From the NCBI GenBank assembly GCA_964463055.1, contig CAYXAX010000002.1, positions 1 to 47,262 of the forward strand: a stretch of 47,262 bases of DNA, in the 5' to 3' direction. Numbering within the stretch: the stretch's first letter is position 1; the number at the start of each line of letters is the position of its first letter. The notes below the pieces were generated by a model, which saw only the letters and a list, made by a program, of their open reading frames with translations, was not told the origin of the DNA and ran no database searches. Source of the DNA: an uncultured Gammaproteobacteria bacterium (GTDB taxonomy: Bacteria; Pseudomonadota; Gammaproteobacteria; CAWJPQ01). The position numbers were made by a program, and so were the translations under genes. Of the stretch, positions 47,145-47,262 are shown one piece after another.

Positions 47145-47262
47145 CGCCATCGGGGGTAGGAGTCCGTCGGACTTAGGACTGATCTACTGCGCCGATGGGA
47201 GAGCGGTCCATTATTCCGATCCTTTTCGTCAAATAGCTATGGCTCCACCCTTCGCTTCGCTC

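Overview
High-GC proteobacterial chromosomal segment with about 40 protein-coding genes. By eye I found no rRNA or tRNA genes, no CRISPR array, and no integrase, transposase or reverse transcriptase. The left edge is the end of a hopanoid cluster (shc 3' end plus an hpnG-like gene). The rest mixes conserved housekeeping or unknown-function genes with a dense set of c-di-GMP signalling genes. The conserved genes include a beta-CASP RNase, LOG, an M16 peptidase, an EamA transporter, YaeQ, DUF2058, YajD, a RIO kinase, an RRM protein, VF530, RecQ, a CspA-family protein, YchJ and YajQ. The signalling set is three GGDEF-EAL sensors, one REC-GAF-GGDEF protein with a degenerate HD-GYP tail, and a Cache-type histidine kinase with a stand-alone REC. 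There is also an orphan MotA/MotB stator pair and a 7-bladed FG-GAP-like propeller protein. I could not identify a convincing defence system or mobile element. The best leads are: (1) a 694-nt gene-free gap (18890-19583) ending in four hairpins whose T-runs face a plus-strand transcript; (2) the overlapping HK/REC/REC-GAF-GGDEF-HD-GYP* operon; (3) a cluster of RNA-related genes of archaeal/eukaryotic flavour (RIO kinase, RRM, VF530, two methyltransferase-fold proteins); (4) the MotAB pair with no flagellar context; (5) an unannotated 32-codon lysine-rich ORF followed by a long inverted repeat. All family calls come from motif recognition by eye. No BLAST, HMM or Rfam search was possible, so they remain hypotheses until profile searches are run.
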